This document shows, in pieces, positions 10,640 to 20,718 of a stretch of 64,000 nt of DNA. Source of the stretch: an uncultured delta proteobacterium (GTDB lineage: Bacteria > Desulfobacterota > Binatia > UBA9968); assembly GCA_963760795.1 (NCBI GenBank), contig CAVXEP010000032.1, positions 448,001-512,000 on the forward strand, written 5' to 3'. The notes beneath the pieces are model-generated. The model ran no database searches, had not been told where the DNA came from, and saw only the letters and a program-made list of their open reading frames with translations. The position numbers were made by a program, and so were the translations under genes. How positions within the stretch are numbered: the stretch's first letter is position 1; every line of letters begins with the position of its first letter.

Positions 10640-10734
10640 GAAGAAAGAACTAGCCGCAAAGAACGCAGGGAACTCAAAGTAAATCTGCAGAGGAACACGG
10701 GGGAATCAGTCGGACTCTCGCGTTCTGTTCCATT

Positions 10735-11803
10735 TTAATAGCCGCGCTGCCAGTCGATGACGTTTTCTAACGGCTGTCCCGCGAGATAACGGCTCAAGTT
10801 TTCGCAGAACAACTTCACACCACCGTGCTCGGAGATATCCGTTACCGCGGAAACATGAGGCGTGATGACAACGCGTTCATCATCCCATAGGCGCATATCA
10901 GGTGGGCGCTCGAATTCACCGTCGTAGACATCGGTAGCGAAGCCGCGCAGCTTTGCCTTGATTTAGAGCAACGATCAAAGCTTCTTCATCGACGATCTCG
11001 CCGCGCGCGATGTTGACCAAAACCGTTCCCGGTTTCATCGCGGCAAAGGCTTCGCGACCTATTAGATGAGTGGTCTCCGTCGTCCATGGACAACAAATTG
11101 CTACGAACTCACTTTCGCGCAGCAATTCATGTAATGCGCCAGCGGTTTCCAATCGCGCAAAAACTGGGGGAGGCGGAGATGCCGAAGCAATTTCTCGCCG
11201 CGTTCCGACGACGCGCATCCCGGCTGCGGCACAAAGTTTAGCCACTTCCTGGCCGATACCGCCGGTGCCAACGACGCAAACGGTCTTGTCCCGAATAATT
11301 ATCGGATCGTAGGTGTGATGATCGAGCTGGTGGCGGCGTTGATCACGGTAGCTTAAGTGCAGTCCGCGGGAGAAGTGGAGGAAGCTAGCCAAGACATATT
11401 CGGCCATCGGGCGACGGTTCGTGAGCCCGCGCGAGGTCGTAACGATAACATCTGAACCCCACAGATCGGTGTCGAGGAAGTTACTGGCTCCGGCTGGCAG
11501 CTCATGAACCCATTTCAGTCGGGGCGCGCGGGCTCGGATATCTTTTACCGGCGGCCAGCCTACGAGCATGATCTCGGCCGACGCCAGCGCATCGTTTCGC
11601 TGGGCCACGGTGGTTGCAGGATATTTACGGGAGCCAAGATAACGATCGACGGTCCACTGCGGCCAAGTCGCGCGCAACTCAACATCGAACCATCCTCTGG
11701 CATCGATAACTCTAACGCGCTGATCGACCTTGGCAATTCGGTCAAGCACCGCATCCGGCATTTGCTGAATCACCAAAACTTTAATGTTTTCAATATCTGT
11801 CAT
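10735..11803 (-). CDS. D-2-hydroxyacid dehydrogenase (frameshift near 10955)
   Basis: VGTGGIG, VNIARGEIVDE; other frame continues ATDVYDGE...VITPHVSA...ENVIDWQRGY-stop at 10735. Confidence 0.85.
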
Positions 11804-11975
11804 GCTATTTCTCACGGGAAGTCTTTATTTCTAACCGTGGATTTTCAATTCTCAATCAGGGCGGGTATCGCTTAGTGCGCTGCCACGCGCAAAAGATCGA
11901 GTCAATGCAGCGGCGAGATTCTATCGCTCGCACTAGAATTCACATCAGCCTACCGCTTACACTTGCCCCGGCGGA

Positions 11976-12923
11976 TTATTTCGACTGACCGGCGATGAAG
12001 TCGAGCACGGCGCGATTGAAGAGCTCCGGTTGTTCCCAGTAGGTCGAGTGGCCGGCCTCGGGCAGCGGAGCCACGCGGCTGTTCGGAATCTCAGCAGCGA
12101 TCATGCGCGAGATCGACGGCGGCGTCGACATGTCGGCAGCGCCGGAGATCAGCAGGGTCGGCAGCTTCAGTTCCTTGAGCCTTGCCTGGGTTATCTCGTT
12201 CTTGAGCGTTTGCCGGTATTCGCTGCCGATCAGCGCCTTGTGTTCGAGCTCCATCCACGCCTTGACACCTTCGGGGTTGGCCGCTCGGTAGGACGGACCG
12301 AGCTCGCGAAACTCGGCCGGCATTTGTTCCCAGCCTTTAGGGCGAATGAAGGCCGCCGCCTTGGCGATCTCGCCGTCGCGCACGCCGAAGGAATTGCTGG
12401 AAATGGTCAGGCTCAGGAGCCGGTCCTGATAGGAGAACGCGAAGTCCGACGCGATGCTGCCGCCGGCCGCCGACGCCACCACATGAAATCGTCCAAGGCC
12501 CAGGGTGTCCGCTAGGTGGCGAAGGTCCTCGGAGCCGATACCAGGACTCTTCGGGTCGAAGGGCGCGGAGTTGTAGTAGCCGCGCCGCGAATAGGCGATG
12601 ACGCGGTAGCCGGCCTTCGCGAACACCGGCTGCTGGTAACCCCAGATCAGCGCGCTGCCGGTGGCCGGATGCAGAAGCACGATGGGCACTCCCGGCCCGC
12701 CCGTGTCCCAGTACCAGAGACGGGTGTCGGGGATCTGCGCCACGCCGTCCTTGGCCGGAAGCTGCACGGGGATGGCAGTGGTTTTCATCGGATTGGCCAC
12801 CGTTTGGCTGTGTGCCGTCTCGATAGGGCCGGTGCCGAGGGCTGCCAATCCGGCAGCGAGGCCGACGGTACGGAGGAACGCGCCCGCTGACCGGGCGCCA
12901 GTGGAGGAATGGATCTTAGCCAT
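11976..12923 (-). CDS. exported alpha/beta fold hydrolase
   Basis: N-terminal signal-like region; LLHPATGS, ASAAGG nucleophile elbow, EAGHSTYWEQP. Confidence 0.8.
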   Translation of the reverse strand: MAKIHSSTGARSAGAFLRTVGLAAGLAALGTGPIETAHSQTVANPMKTTAIPVQLPAKDGVAQIPDTRLWYWDTGGPGVPIVLLHPATGSALIWGYQQPVFAKAGYRVIAYSRRGYYNSAPFDPKSPGIGSEDLRHLADTLGLGRFHVVASAAGGSIASDFAFSYQDRLLSLTISSNSFGVRDGEIAKAAAFIRPKGWEQMPAEFRELGPSYRAANPEGVKAWMELEHKALIGSEYRQTLKNEITQARLKELKLPTLLISGAADMSTPPSISRMIAAEIPNSRVAPLPEAGHSTYWEQPELFNRAVLDFIAGQSK

Positions 12924-13244
12924 GGTTTCATATGCTCCCTCAGTATTCCCATTTTTTAAAAGACACAATGGCCATGTCAGACTTGCCGAAGTCGCCTGAT
13001 GAAACAGAATGGCCGGTTTCATTTCGTTGGCTAAATTACTGTAGTGAAACTCGCATAGCTTGCCGACTCCCTGTCTTGCTGGTCCTATGTTGTGTCTTTT
13101 ATCAAGCGAAGGCGCTCTGGTAGCGGGTCAGTTGTTGAACTTGAACATTTTGTTTCATGTTATCGGTTATTCCGACAGCATTTGACGTTGGCTGAAAGGG
13201 TTTGTCCCGAAGTCCAAACTTACAATTGGTTTAGCGTCTATTAA

Positions 13245-14261
13245 TCATCGCTTTTTATACAGCCCATCGATAAAACCGTTGTCGTCAAATTCTTTTATCA
13301 GGCTCATGTCGGCGAAGTCTTCCGCTTTTGCCGAGCGGACCTTTGGATCCTTTTCACCGAGTTCGGCGAGGGCTTCTTTGATCGAGTCGAGAGACGGGTA
13401 GGGCTTTTGCGGTACTAGGCGGGAGAAAAACTGATAGCTATCTTCCAAGGCGTCGTTATCGTCGGTCTTGACGTATTTGCCGATGACCTTTTTGCTGAAT
13501 TCCTTGTTGGTCTTGTAAAGGTGGATGCCTTCGAGCAGGGCGCGGGTAAATTTGCGCACGGTTTCTCGCTTGTCCTTGATGAACGAAATCCGCGCGGCCA
13601 CGGGCGTGGTCGGGTAGGCGCCGCCAAAGTCTTCTGGCTCAGCGATGATATTCATATTGAATTTGCGCGCCAGGTTAGTCACTGGCGGCTGAGCCACCAT
13701 GCCATGCACTTGTTTTGATTGAATCGCTGCCAGGCGGGTGGGTTGGCCGCCCGGTATTTGTAACACCGCTACGTCGACATCGGGTTTCAACCCCCACTTT
13801 AGCAATATTTTACGGGTTGCGTAATCGGAGTTGGAGCCGAAGCGGCTAACGGTAAGTTTTTTACCCCGGAGGTCTTCCGGCTTTTTGATCTCCGGTGAAA
13901 CCACCATGCTGTAGGCGAGGATATTGAGTAAGCCGGCGATCAGCGTGACATCGGCGCCGCGTAGCTTGGCGACCACTGGCGCATTACCGCCGACCTGAGC
14001 GATCGGTAGGTCGCCGGACATCATCGCTTGAGTGGCCCGAGAACCGCCGTCGAGGTAGATCATGATCACGTCGAGGCCGTTCTTCTCGAACAGACCAGCT
14101 TCCTTGGTGATCCAGAACGGCGCTTGCGAGCCGGCGATAGCGCTCCAGCCGAGGGTGAGTTTTTCCAGCGGCGCCGAGGCCGCGAGGCCTTTTTGTGGCG
14201 ACACCGCTATGAATACTATAGTTGCTACAACGATTGACACCACAGTTTTTAAATTCCGCAT
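13245..14261 (-). CDS. ABC transporter substrate-binding protein (NMT1/SsuA-like)
   Basis: Signal peptide; GLFEKNGLDV, DLRGKKLTVSRFGSNSD, KPYPS. Confidence 0.85.
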   Translation of the reverse strand: MRNLKTVVSIVVATIVFIAVSPQKGLAASAPLEKLTLGWSAIAGSQAPFWITKEAGLFEKNGLDVIMIYLDGGSRATQAMMSGDLPIAQVGGNAPVVAKLRGADVTLIAGLLNILAYSMVVSPEIKKPEDLRGKKLTVSRFGSNSDYATRKILLKWGLKPDVDVAVLQIPGGQPTRLAAIQSKQVHGMVAQPPVTNLARKFNMNIIAEPEDFGGAYPTTPVAARISFIKDKRETVRKFTRALLEGIHLYKTNKEFSKKVIGKYVKTDDNDALEDSYQFFSRLVPQKPYPSLDSIKEALAELGEKDPKVRSAKAEDFADMSLIKEFDDNGFIDGLYKKR

Positions 14262-14362
14262 AAAGCTAAACCGTTACTCCTCCTCGATTCGATCGGTACC
14301 GCAGCGCTCAACATCTGATAATCCTAAGGTGAACTTTTGACCCCCTTGAACCTTGAACAAAG

Positions 14363-15157
14363 CTAAGCCGCGCTCTCCCACTTATCGACGTCGACTTCCC
14401 ATCCTTTGGTTTGCGATAAATCCAACGCGTTGCCTTCGATATCGCGGAAACGAACTTCGGCGTAAGGGCGTGTCGACGGGCGCGGGGCTATGTTTAAGAC
14501 GCTGCTGAGCTCGGCCATCGTCGCTTGCATGGTGTTGGTCAAAAAGCCGATATGGTTGATGCCGTACTTGGCTTCGTGGCCTTCGACCTGGCTGTAAAAG
14601 GGATGAATCGCCAGATTGGTTTGGCCGTCGGCGCAGAAGCGATTACCGCGTCCCTGCTGGCGGCGCAGATAGCTCGACGGCACTTCGCGTAGCCCCAGCA
14701 CCTGAGTGTAGAACTGCAACATGGTTTCGGGATCGAGGGCGTTGTAGGCGATGTGACGCACGCGGGGAAATTTCTTCTCTTTGCTCGCCGGCACGCCGAA
14801 ACTCGTTGTCGAGACCGTGACGGGCCGGCATTCCGGGTCGTGCAAACGAATTTGGCCATGCTGCAAATCGTTCGCTTCCTGGATAATCATGCCGCGCGGA
14901 TTCAATCTTAAAAATCGTCCCTTCACTTCTTCGAGATCGTCGACCTGGACACCGATATGGTGCAGGCCGTTGTTCATCTGCATCTCGCCCAGCTCGGGGC
15001 GGTTTTTGAAAAAGGTTAAATTGTAAAAACCGTCGGTGATGGTGATGTCGCCGTCGGGAGATCGCCCCAGTTCCTCGGTGCCAAGAAAACGCTGGTAGAA
15101 TGCGACGAGCTTGCCGGGATCTTCGGAGAGATAAGCGACGTAGCGTAGTGTAGCCAT
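14363..15157 (-). CDS. two-domain VOC (glyoxalase/dioxygenase superfamily) protein
   Basis: Repeated VOC modules: GLHHIGVQVDD...HDPE and RVRHIAY...GINHIGF...RDIEGNALDL. Confidence 0.8.
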   Translation of the reverse strand: MATLRYVAYLSEDPGKLVAFYQRFLGTEELGRSPDGDITITDGFYNLTFFKNRPELGEMQMNNGLHHIGVQVDDLEEVKGRFLRLNPRGMIIQEANDLQHGQIRLHDPECRPVTVSTTSFGVPASKEKKFPRVRHIAYNALDPETMLQFYTQVLGLREVPSSYLRRQQGRGNRFCADGQTNLAIHPFYSQVEGHEAKYGINHIGFLTNTMQATMAELSSVLNIAPRPSTRPYAEVRFRDIEGNALDLSQTKGWEVDVDKWESAA

Positions 15158-15176
15158 GGGAGTCCTCCGGTCGGGT

Positions 15177-15260
15177 TGGAGTAATGAAGTCGTGGAGTGA
15201 TGGAGTAGTGGGTCGGATCTGATTTCAAATCACCCAACACTCCAGTACTCCATCACTCCA
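15177..15260. repeat. palindrome of 8-mer tandem units (TGGAGTRA / TYACTCCA) with CGGA core
   Basis: TGGAGTAA TGAAGTCG TGGAGTGA TGGAGTAG TGG gtcgga... CCCAACACTCCAGTACTCCATCACTCCA. Confidence 0.75.
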
Positions 15261-15266
15261 TTCTTC

Positions 15267-16364
15267 TCAATCTCGTATGTTTTGCGTAAACCATGCCAAA
15301 GGCATCGGGTGGCCGAGGCCTTTGGCCTTGGCTAGGTTATACGCGGTGCCGCCGACGGCGGCAAATTGTAACCCCTGAGTGCCTTGATTGTTCAAGAAGG
15401 TAACTTGTTGGTCGTTGGCGCGGCCGATCCATTTGCCCGCCATGATGTCGGGAACGGTGCCGATGTCGGGGTTGTCGATTTCATGATGCGGCGAAGAAGG
15501 TATTTTCTTTTTTTCCTCTGGGCTGCCGGCGATGAAGCCGAACATGCCGTCGCTGCCGGTGACGACTTCGGGTGCGTTGCGGTCGGCGTACAACGTCGAC
15601 GTGCCCAAGCGCGCGCGCACCTCGGCGCGGGCGAGCACGTCGGGACCGGCTTCGTTGTTGCGCACGTTGTTGATATGCATGCCGGGCTCCAGCCAATCGG
15701 CCTTGATTACCGGGATTAGCGAATCGGTCGTCAGCGATACGATATCCGCGCCTTTGAGTGCTTTCTCCGGCGAGTCGACGGCGATCACTTCGATATCGAG
15801 CTTCTCGGTCATCTCGGCGGCGAAGGCCTCGCGGTTCTTTTTCGTCGGGCTAAACACGCGCATGACTTCGAGCGGTCGAACATGTTTGATCGCTTCGGTG
15901 TAACTTCTCGCCATGCCGCCGGAGCCGATCATCGCCATGACTTTGGCGTCTTTGCGGGCCAGATATTTCGTGCCGAGGCCGGCGCAGGCGCCGACGCGCA
16001 TATGCTGCAAATAGCCGTCGTTCATGATTGCCAGCGGCTCGCCGTTGCGCGTGCTGGTGAGAAAGATCAAGCCGCAATAGGTGCCGCGCTCCATGCAATA
16101 CTTGTCTTCGACCATGAAGCCGTCCTGATTTTCCCAGGCGAGCATGTCCGACTTCATGCGGATGGCGAACACGCCCAGCTTGCGCGACGCGCCTTCCATG
16201 GTGCCCCAACGATAGTAATGCGGCTCGTTAGGCACGTAGAAGTCGATGCGCGGCCGGTAGCCGGCTTTGAGCTCGTTAAGTTCCCGGTAAGCATCTTCCA
16301 TGGCGTCGATGCAGGTCTTCATGTCGAGCACCTGTTCGATCTGTTCGTTGGTGAGAAAAATCAT
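15267..16364 (-). CDS. ornithine cyclodeaminase / mu-crystallin family protein
   Basis: GEPLAIMNDGYLQHMRVGA, IGSGGMA, WLEPGMHI, GLQFAAVG. Confidence 0.85.
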   Translation of the reverse strand: MIFLTNEQIEQVLDMKTCIDAMEDAYRELNELKAGYRPRIDFYVPNEPHYYRWGTMEGASRKLGVFAIRMKSDMLAWENQDGFMVEDKYCMERGTYCGLIFLTSTRNGEPLAIMNDGYLQHMRVGACAGLGTKYLARKDAKVMAMIGSGGMARSYTEAIKHVRPLEVMRVFSPTKKNREAFAAEMTEKLDIEVIAVDSPEKALKGADIVSLTTDSLIPVIKADWLEPGMHINNVRNNEAGPDVLARAEVRARLGTSTLYADRNAPEVVTGSDGMFGFIAGSPEEKKKIPSSPHHEIDNPDIGTVPDIMAGKWIGRANDQQVTFLNNQGTQGLQFAAVGGTAYNLAKAKGLGHPMPLAWFTQNIRD

Positions 16365-16392
16365 AATTATCCTTTCGCCGACGTAGCAGTTG

Positions 16393-17418
16393 TTATTGGC
16401 GAATAAATCCGCTCTGTTCGAGACGCCGGAGAATACTCGTGTCGACGATATCTTCGGTTTTCAGCTGAGCGATTTTGGGATTTCGCGCGCCCATGATCTG
16501 GATGGCGGCCTTGACCGCATCGAGGTTGGGATAAGGGCGACGCTCAACTTTGGGGATCAAGTCGTCGTAGGCGTGCTTGGCATCTTCGCCGGAAAGCCGA
16601 AGGTTTCTGGCTACGATATTTGTGACCGTCGAGCGATTCGCGGGATTGAGGATGAAAGCGTTACCTTCGACTATCACCTTTACCACCGCTTCAGCGGTTT
16701 TCGGCCGCTCCTTGAGAAATGACCGAGTGGTGACTAGCGCGTTGTTGACGAAGGGTACGCCCAGTTGCTCAAGATTGCCGAGATAGGTGGGTCCGCGGCC
16801 TTTGATCTGACCGGAGATCGATGCGTCCATCAAGGTCGCGTCGATGCGCCCGGCCAAGACCGCTTGGGCGCGCGTGGGTTCGTCGCCGATAGCTACAAAA
16901 CTGATTCGGTCGCGTTTCTCGTCCAAATTGAAATGTTGCAGCATTAGAAACGATGCCACATGGGATGAGCTGCCGAAGCCGCTGATGCCGATGGTCTTAC
17001 CTTTGAGTTCCTCGGGCTTCTTGATCTCGGCCTTGGCCCAGATGTCATAAGTGAGTTTATTGTTGATGCCTAGAATTAGCACACTATCCGCGCCGCCGCC
17101 CACCGCGGCGACTACGGGTGTTGCGCCGGTAAACGCCATTGGAGAGGAGCCGGACAACATAGCTTGGGTCATGCGCGCACCACCGGTGATTAAGACTACC
17201 GTGGCTTCGACTCCATGCTTGCGGAATAGCCCGAGTTCCTTGGGCACCCAGAGCGCCGCGATGTCGTTACGGAGGTTGGAGTGACCGATGACTAGCTTCT
17301 CTGATTCTTGCGCGCGGATCGAGCCGGGGCTATGAAACATCGCCACCAAGCCAATCATGGCGCAATAAAGCCAGCAATAATTCATGATCCTTCTCCGGCA
17401 AGCTCGGTTGAACTTCAT
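16393..17418 (-). CDS. ABC transporter substrate-binding protein (NMT1/SsuA-like)
   Basis: Signal peptide; GLFRKHGVEA, ELKGKTIGISGFGSSSH; start uncertain (17385 alternative). Confidence 0.85.
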   Translation of the reverse strand: MKFNRACRRRIMNYCWLYCAMIGLVAMFHSPGSIRAQESEKLVIGHSNLRNDIAALWVPKELGLFRKHGVEATVVLITGGARMTQAMLSGSSPMAFTGATPVVAAVGGGADSVLILGINNKLTYDIWAKAEIKKPEELKGKTIGISGFGSSSHVASFLMLQHFNLDEKRDRISFVAIGDEPTRAQAVLAGRIDATLMDASISGQIKGRGPTYLGNLEQLGVPFVNNALVTTRSFLKERPKTAEAVVKVIVEGNAFILNPANRSTVTNIVARNLRLSGEDAKHAYDDLIPKVERRPYPNLDAVKAAIQIMGARNPKIAQLKTEDIVDTSILRRLEQSGFIRQ

Positions 17419-17525
17419 CGCCCGGAGATTATCGCAATCTGCTTATGGATCAAGCCCTTTTACTTCTTGCCCACAGCCCGATCACGGCGTAAAAACATCG
17501 TAGTCAAGCTGAAAGAAGGCGACTC

Positions 17526-17751
17526 GTGAAAAGACTCGTGTGGACACAGTTGCTCATGCGTTTCTTTAGTTTGTTGTTGCTCCAGCAGGGGCGCAGAATC
17601 GCTTTCGCGCCGTCAGCGGTGGTTTTGGCACGGCGATCCATCCGGTGCTGTGGGTCGGCTACGAGAAAAAGATATTTCAAAAATACGGACTCGACATGGA
17701 ATATTTCGCCATCGAGAACGCTACGGTGTCGAGGCAGACGTTGGAACTATA
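17526..17751 (+). pseudogene. N-terminal fragment of an NMT1-like substrate-binding protein
   Basis: After a signal-like start, a shifted frame reads AVSGGFGTAIHPVLWVGYEKKIFQKYGLDMEYFAIENAT and stops. Confidence 0.6.
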
Positions 17752-17979
17752 GGAACGGCAATTAAGGATCCCAAGCAAACTTGCAACAACAGTTTTGTCG
17801 AAGAGGCGTTGCGTTAGAGCTTGCGAGAGTTCGGCGAGGTGTTACGCTTATTTCTGCCGAGTCATAAAGTCGAATGGCTGAATTGGCTGGGCGGGATCGA
17901 GTTGGTTGTGAATTGTGCGTAGGGTGGAGAGATTGAGGATCGATGCTAGTTGCCGGACGGCTATTGGCCAGGAGGGAAT

Positions 17980-18970
17980 ATGAGATACGGCGGTATAAGT
18001 CGGTTGATGGGCTTGGTCGTTGTCTTATCTCTGGCCTTGGCGACTGGCGTCTCGGCGCAGTTGACCAAGCTACGCGCTGCTTACTCGGCTGAAAGCTCCT
18101 GGTCGCTGGCGACTTGGATCGCCCATGACGGCGGCCTGTTCAAAAAGTATGGACTGGATGTCGACTTGATATTGATTCGCAGCGCGTCGACGATCACCTC
18201 GGCGTTGATCGCCGGCGAAGCGCCGATGATCCAGCTCGGCGGCAACGGCACCATCCAGGCGGCATTGCAGGGGGCGGACACGGTCAATGTGCTTGACCCT
18301 GGTGCCGATCATCCCGCAGAGTTTGGTGGTGACGCCGGATATAAAAAGCGCTGACGATCTGCGCGGCAAGCGGCTGGGTGTCACCCGCTTCGGCGCCTTG
18401 AGCGATCTGGTAATCCGGCGCTATCTGCGCAAGCTCGGTCTCGATCCCGCCAAGGATGTCACCATCGTGCAGATCGGCGGCATTCCCGAGTTAGTGACGG
18501 CGATGAAGGCTGGCGCGATTTCCGGGGGATCGATTTCTCCGCCGGCGCTCACGGTCGCGAAGAAGGCCGGCTTCAGAGAGCTGTCGGATTTTGAAACTCT
18601 CGACTACAAGTATCCGGCGGTGACGATCGCCTCGACCAAAAGTTTCATTCAACGCCAGCGCGCCACGGCGCTGAATTTCATTCGCGGCGAGATCGAGGGC
18701 ATTCACGCCATCCGCACGCAAAAAGGCCTCGCTATCAACGTGTTGAAAAAGTACATGCGCATCAACGATGCCGATGTCCTCGAAGACGGCTATCGATACG
18801 CCGTCAAATTCTTTCAAGCGCGTCCCTATCCAACCCTCGACGAAGTGCGCGCGGTGCTCGACGAGTACAAGAGCATGCCGCAAGCCGCCAATGCCAAACC
18901 TGAACAGTTTATCGATCTGAGCTTGTTGCAGGAGTTGGAAAAGGAGAAGTTTTTCGAACGGCTCAAATAA
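17980..18970 (+). CDS. ABC transporter substrate-binding protein (NMT1/SsuA-like), frameshift near 18290
   Basis: GLFKKYGLDV in the first frame; DLRGKRLGVTRFGALSD, RPYPT in the second. Confidence 0.85.
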
Positions 18971-18985
18971 CGGACTGGGAGAACA

Positions 18986-19930
18986 GTGATGGCCAAGTAT
19001 CGCGAAACATTGCCGCAATTAAGCAACGAGCTGTTTCTTACCGACGGTGGTATCGAGACCACGTTGATTTTCCACGAAGGCCTGGATCTCCCTTACTTCG
19101 CCGCCTTCGACCTGCTCAAACATGCCGCTGGTCACGCCGCGCTACGCAAGTATTTTCAAACATACGCAGAGATCGCACTAAAATATGGCGTTGGTTTCAT
19201 CCTCGAGAGCGCGACTTGGCGGGCGAGTGCCGATTGGGGTGCCAAACTGGGTTATTCCCAAACTGAACTTGCTGCGGCAAATCGCCAGGCCATCGCCTTG
19301 CTGTACGAGGTGCGCGCTGAATTCGAGTGTCCACGCACACCGATGGTGATCAGCGGTTGCCTCGGACCGCGCGGCGACGGTTACAATCCAGCAAGCTTTA
19401 TGAGCGAAGTCGAGGCGGAAAATTATCACCGCATGCAGATCGACTGCTTTCGCGACGCCGACGCGGACATGGTCACGGCGATAACTATGACCTATCCGGA
19501 GGAGGCCATCGGTATCGTGCGCGCTGGCCAGTCGGCCGGCATGCCAGTAGCGATATCTTTCACCATGGAAACCGACGGCAAGTTGCCCAATGGTCAACCG
19601 CTTGGTGATGCGATCGCGCAAGTCGACGCGGCCACCGGCAATGCTCCGGTGTACTACATGATCAGCTGTGCGCACCCGAGCCATTTTGCCGATGTGCTCG
19701 AAAATGGCGGCGCGTGGCGGTCGCGAATCCACGGCCTCAGAGCCAACGCATCGACCAAGAGCCACAAGGAGCTCGATGAAGCGACATCGCTGGATGCTGG
19801 CGATCCTATCGATCTAGCCAATCGATACCGCGAGCTCAAAACCAGGTTAAGTCATCTCAATGTGTTCGGTGGTTGTTGCGGCACCGACCATCGGCATATC
19901 GATGCGATCTGCCAAGCGGTTCAGTCCTGA
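18986..19930 (+). CDS. homocysteine S-methyltransferase family protein
   Basis: LTDGGIETTL, SCAHP, GGCCGTDHRHI. Confidence 0.9.
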   Translation: MMAKYRETLPQLSNELFLTDGGIETTLIFHEGLDLPYFAAFDLLKHAAGHAALRKYFQTYAEIALKYGVGFILESATWRASADWGAKLGYSQTELAAANRQAIALLYEVRAEFECPRTPMVISGCLGPRGDGYNPASFMSEVEAENYHRMQIDCFRDADADMVTAITMTYPEEAIGIVRAGQSAGMPVAISFTMETDGKLPNGQPLGDAIAQVDAATGNAPVYYMISCAHPSHFADVLENGGAWRSRIHGLRANASTKSHKELDEATSLDAGDPIDLANRYRELKTRLSHLNVFGGCCGTDHRHIDAICQAVQS

Positions 19931-19950
19931 GCGCCCAACCTAGCGATACA

Positions 19951-20460
19951 ATGGCTGAGTTGCTGATTCGCGCCGAACGAGGTGCTGACGTTAGCGCGAT
20001 CCGTAAGGTTGTTAGCGCGGCATTCGCCGGCATAGACCAGAGCAATCAAAAGGAGCACTTGCTGGTCGACCGATTGCGTGAAAGCGGTGCGCTGGCGGTT
20101 TCGCTGGTTGCCGAAGTCGAAGGTCGCGCTGTCGGTCATGTCGCTTTCTCGCCGGTGACGATCGCTGGGAGTTTCTGTGATTGGTACGGCTTGGCGCCGC
20201 TGGCGGTACTTCCCAGTTATCAGAGAACCGGCATCGGCTCGAGTTTGGTAATCGCCGGGTTGGAGTCTCTGTGTGCGTTGCATGCGCAAGGCTGTGTGTT
20301 ACTCGGCGAGCCCGAATTTTATGCGCGTTTTGGATTTGTTGCTCGGGAAGATTTGCTGCTTGAAAATGTCCCGCCGGAATACTTTTTGGCGCGGTCTTTT
20401 TCTAACGATTATCCGAGTGGCAAGGTCGCTTACCATCCAGTTTTCTCGCTGTGTGTCTGA
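19951..20460 (+). CDS. GNAT N-acetyltransferase (YhbS-like)
   Basis: VGHVAFSPV, LAPLAVLPSYQRTGIGSSL, LLGEPEFYARFGF. Confidence 0.85.
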   Translation: MAELLIRAERGADVSAIRKVVSAAFAGIDQSNQKEHLLVDRLRESGALAVSLVAEVEGRAVGHVAFSPVTIAGSFCDWYGLAPLAVLPSYQRTGIGSSLVIAGLESLCALHAQGCVLLGEPEFYARFGFVAREDLLLENVPPEYFLARSFSNDYPSGKVAYHPVFSLCV

Positions 20461-20718
20461 CCGATTCGAAAAATTGTCACTTAGGTGAAAAATTATTTCG
20501 CGACTTGCGATAACGTATCTGTCTGAAATTAAACTCTTAGCTGTTTACGTTTTAAAGAGTAGATCAATTTTAGACAAAAAACGCTTGCGCTATGGGAGAG
20601 TTTCGCATACAAAACGACCAAACTCTTCCGATCTGCGCCATAATGCTCCACAAACAGCTACGCACTTTTAATCGCCGAGATATTCGCCGGTCTGCCGATT
20701 GGCGCGGCATTTTGTGCC

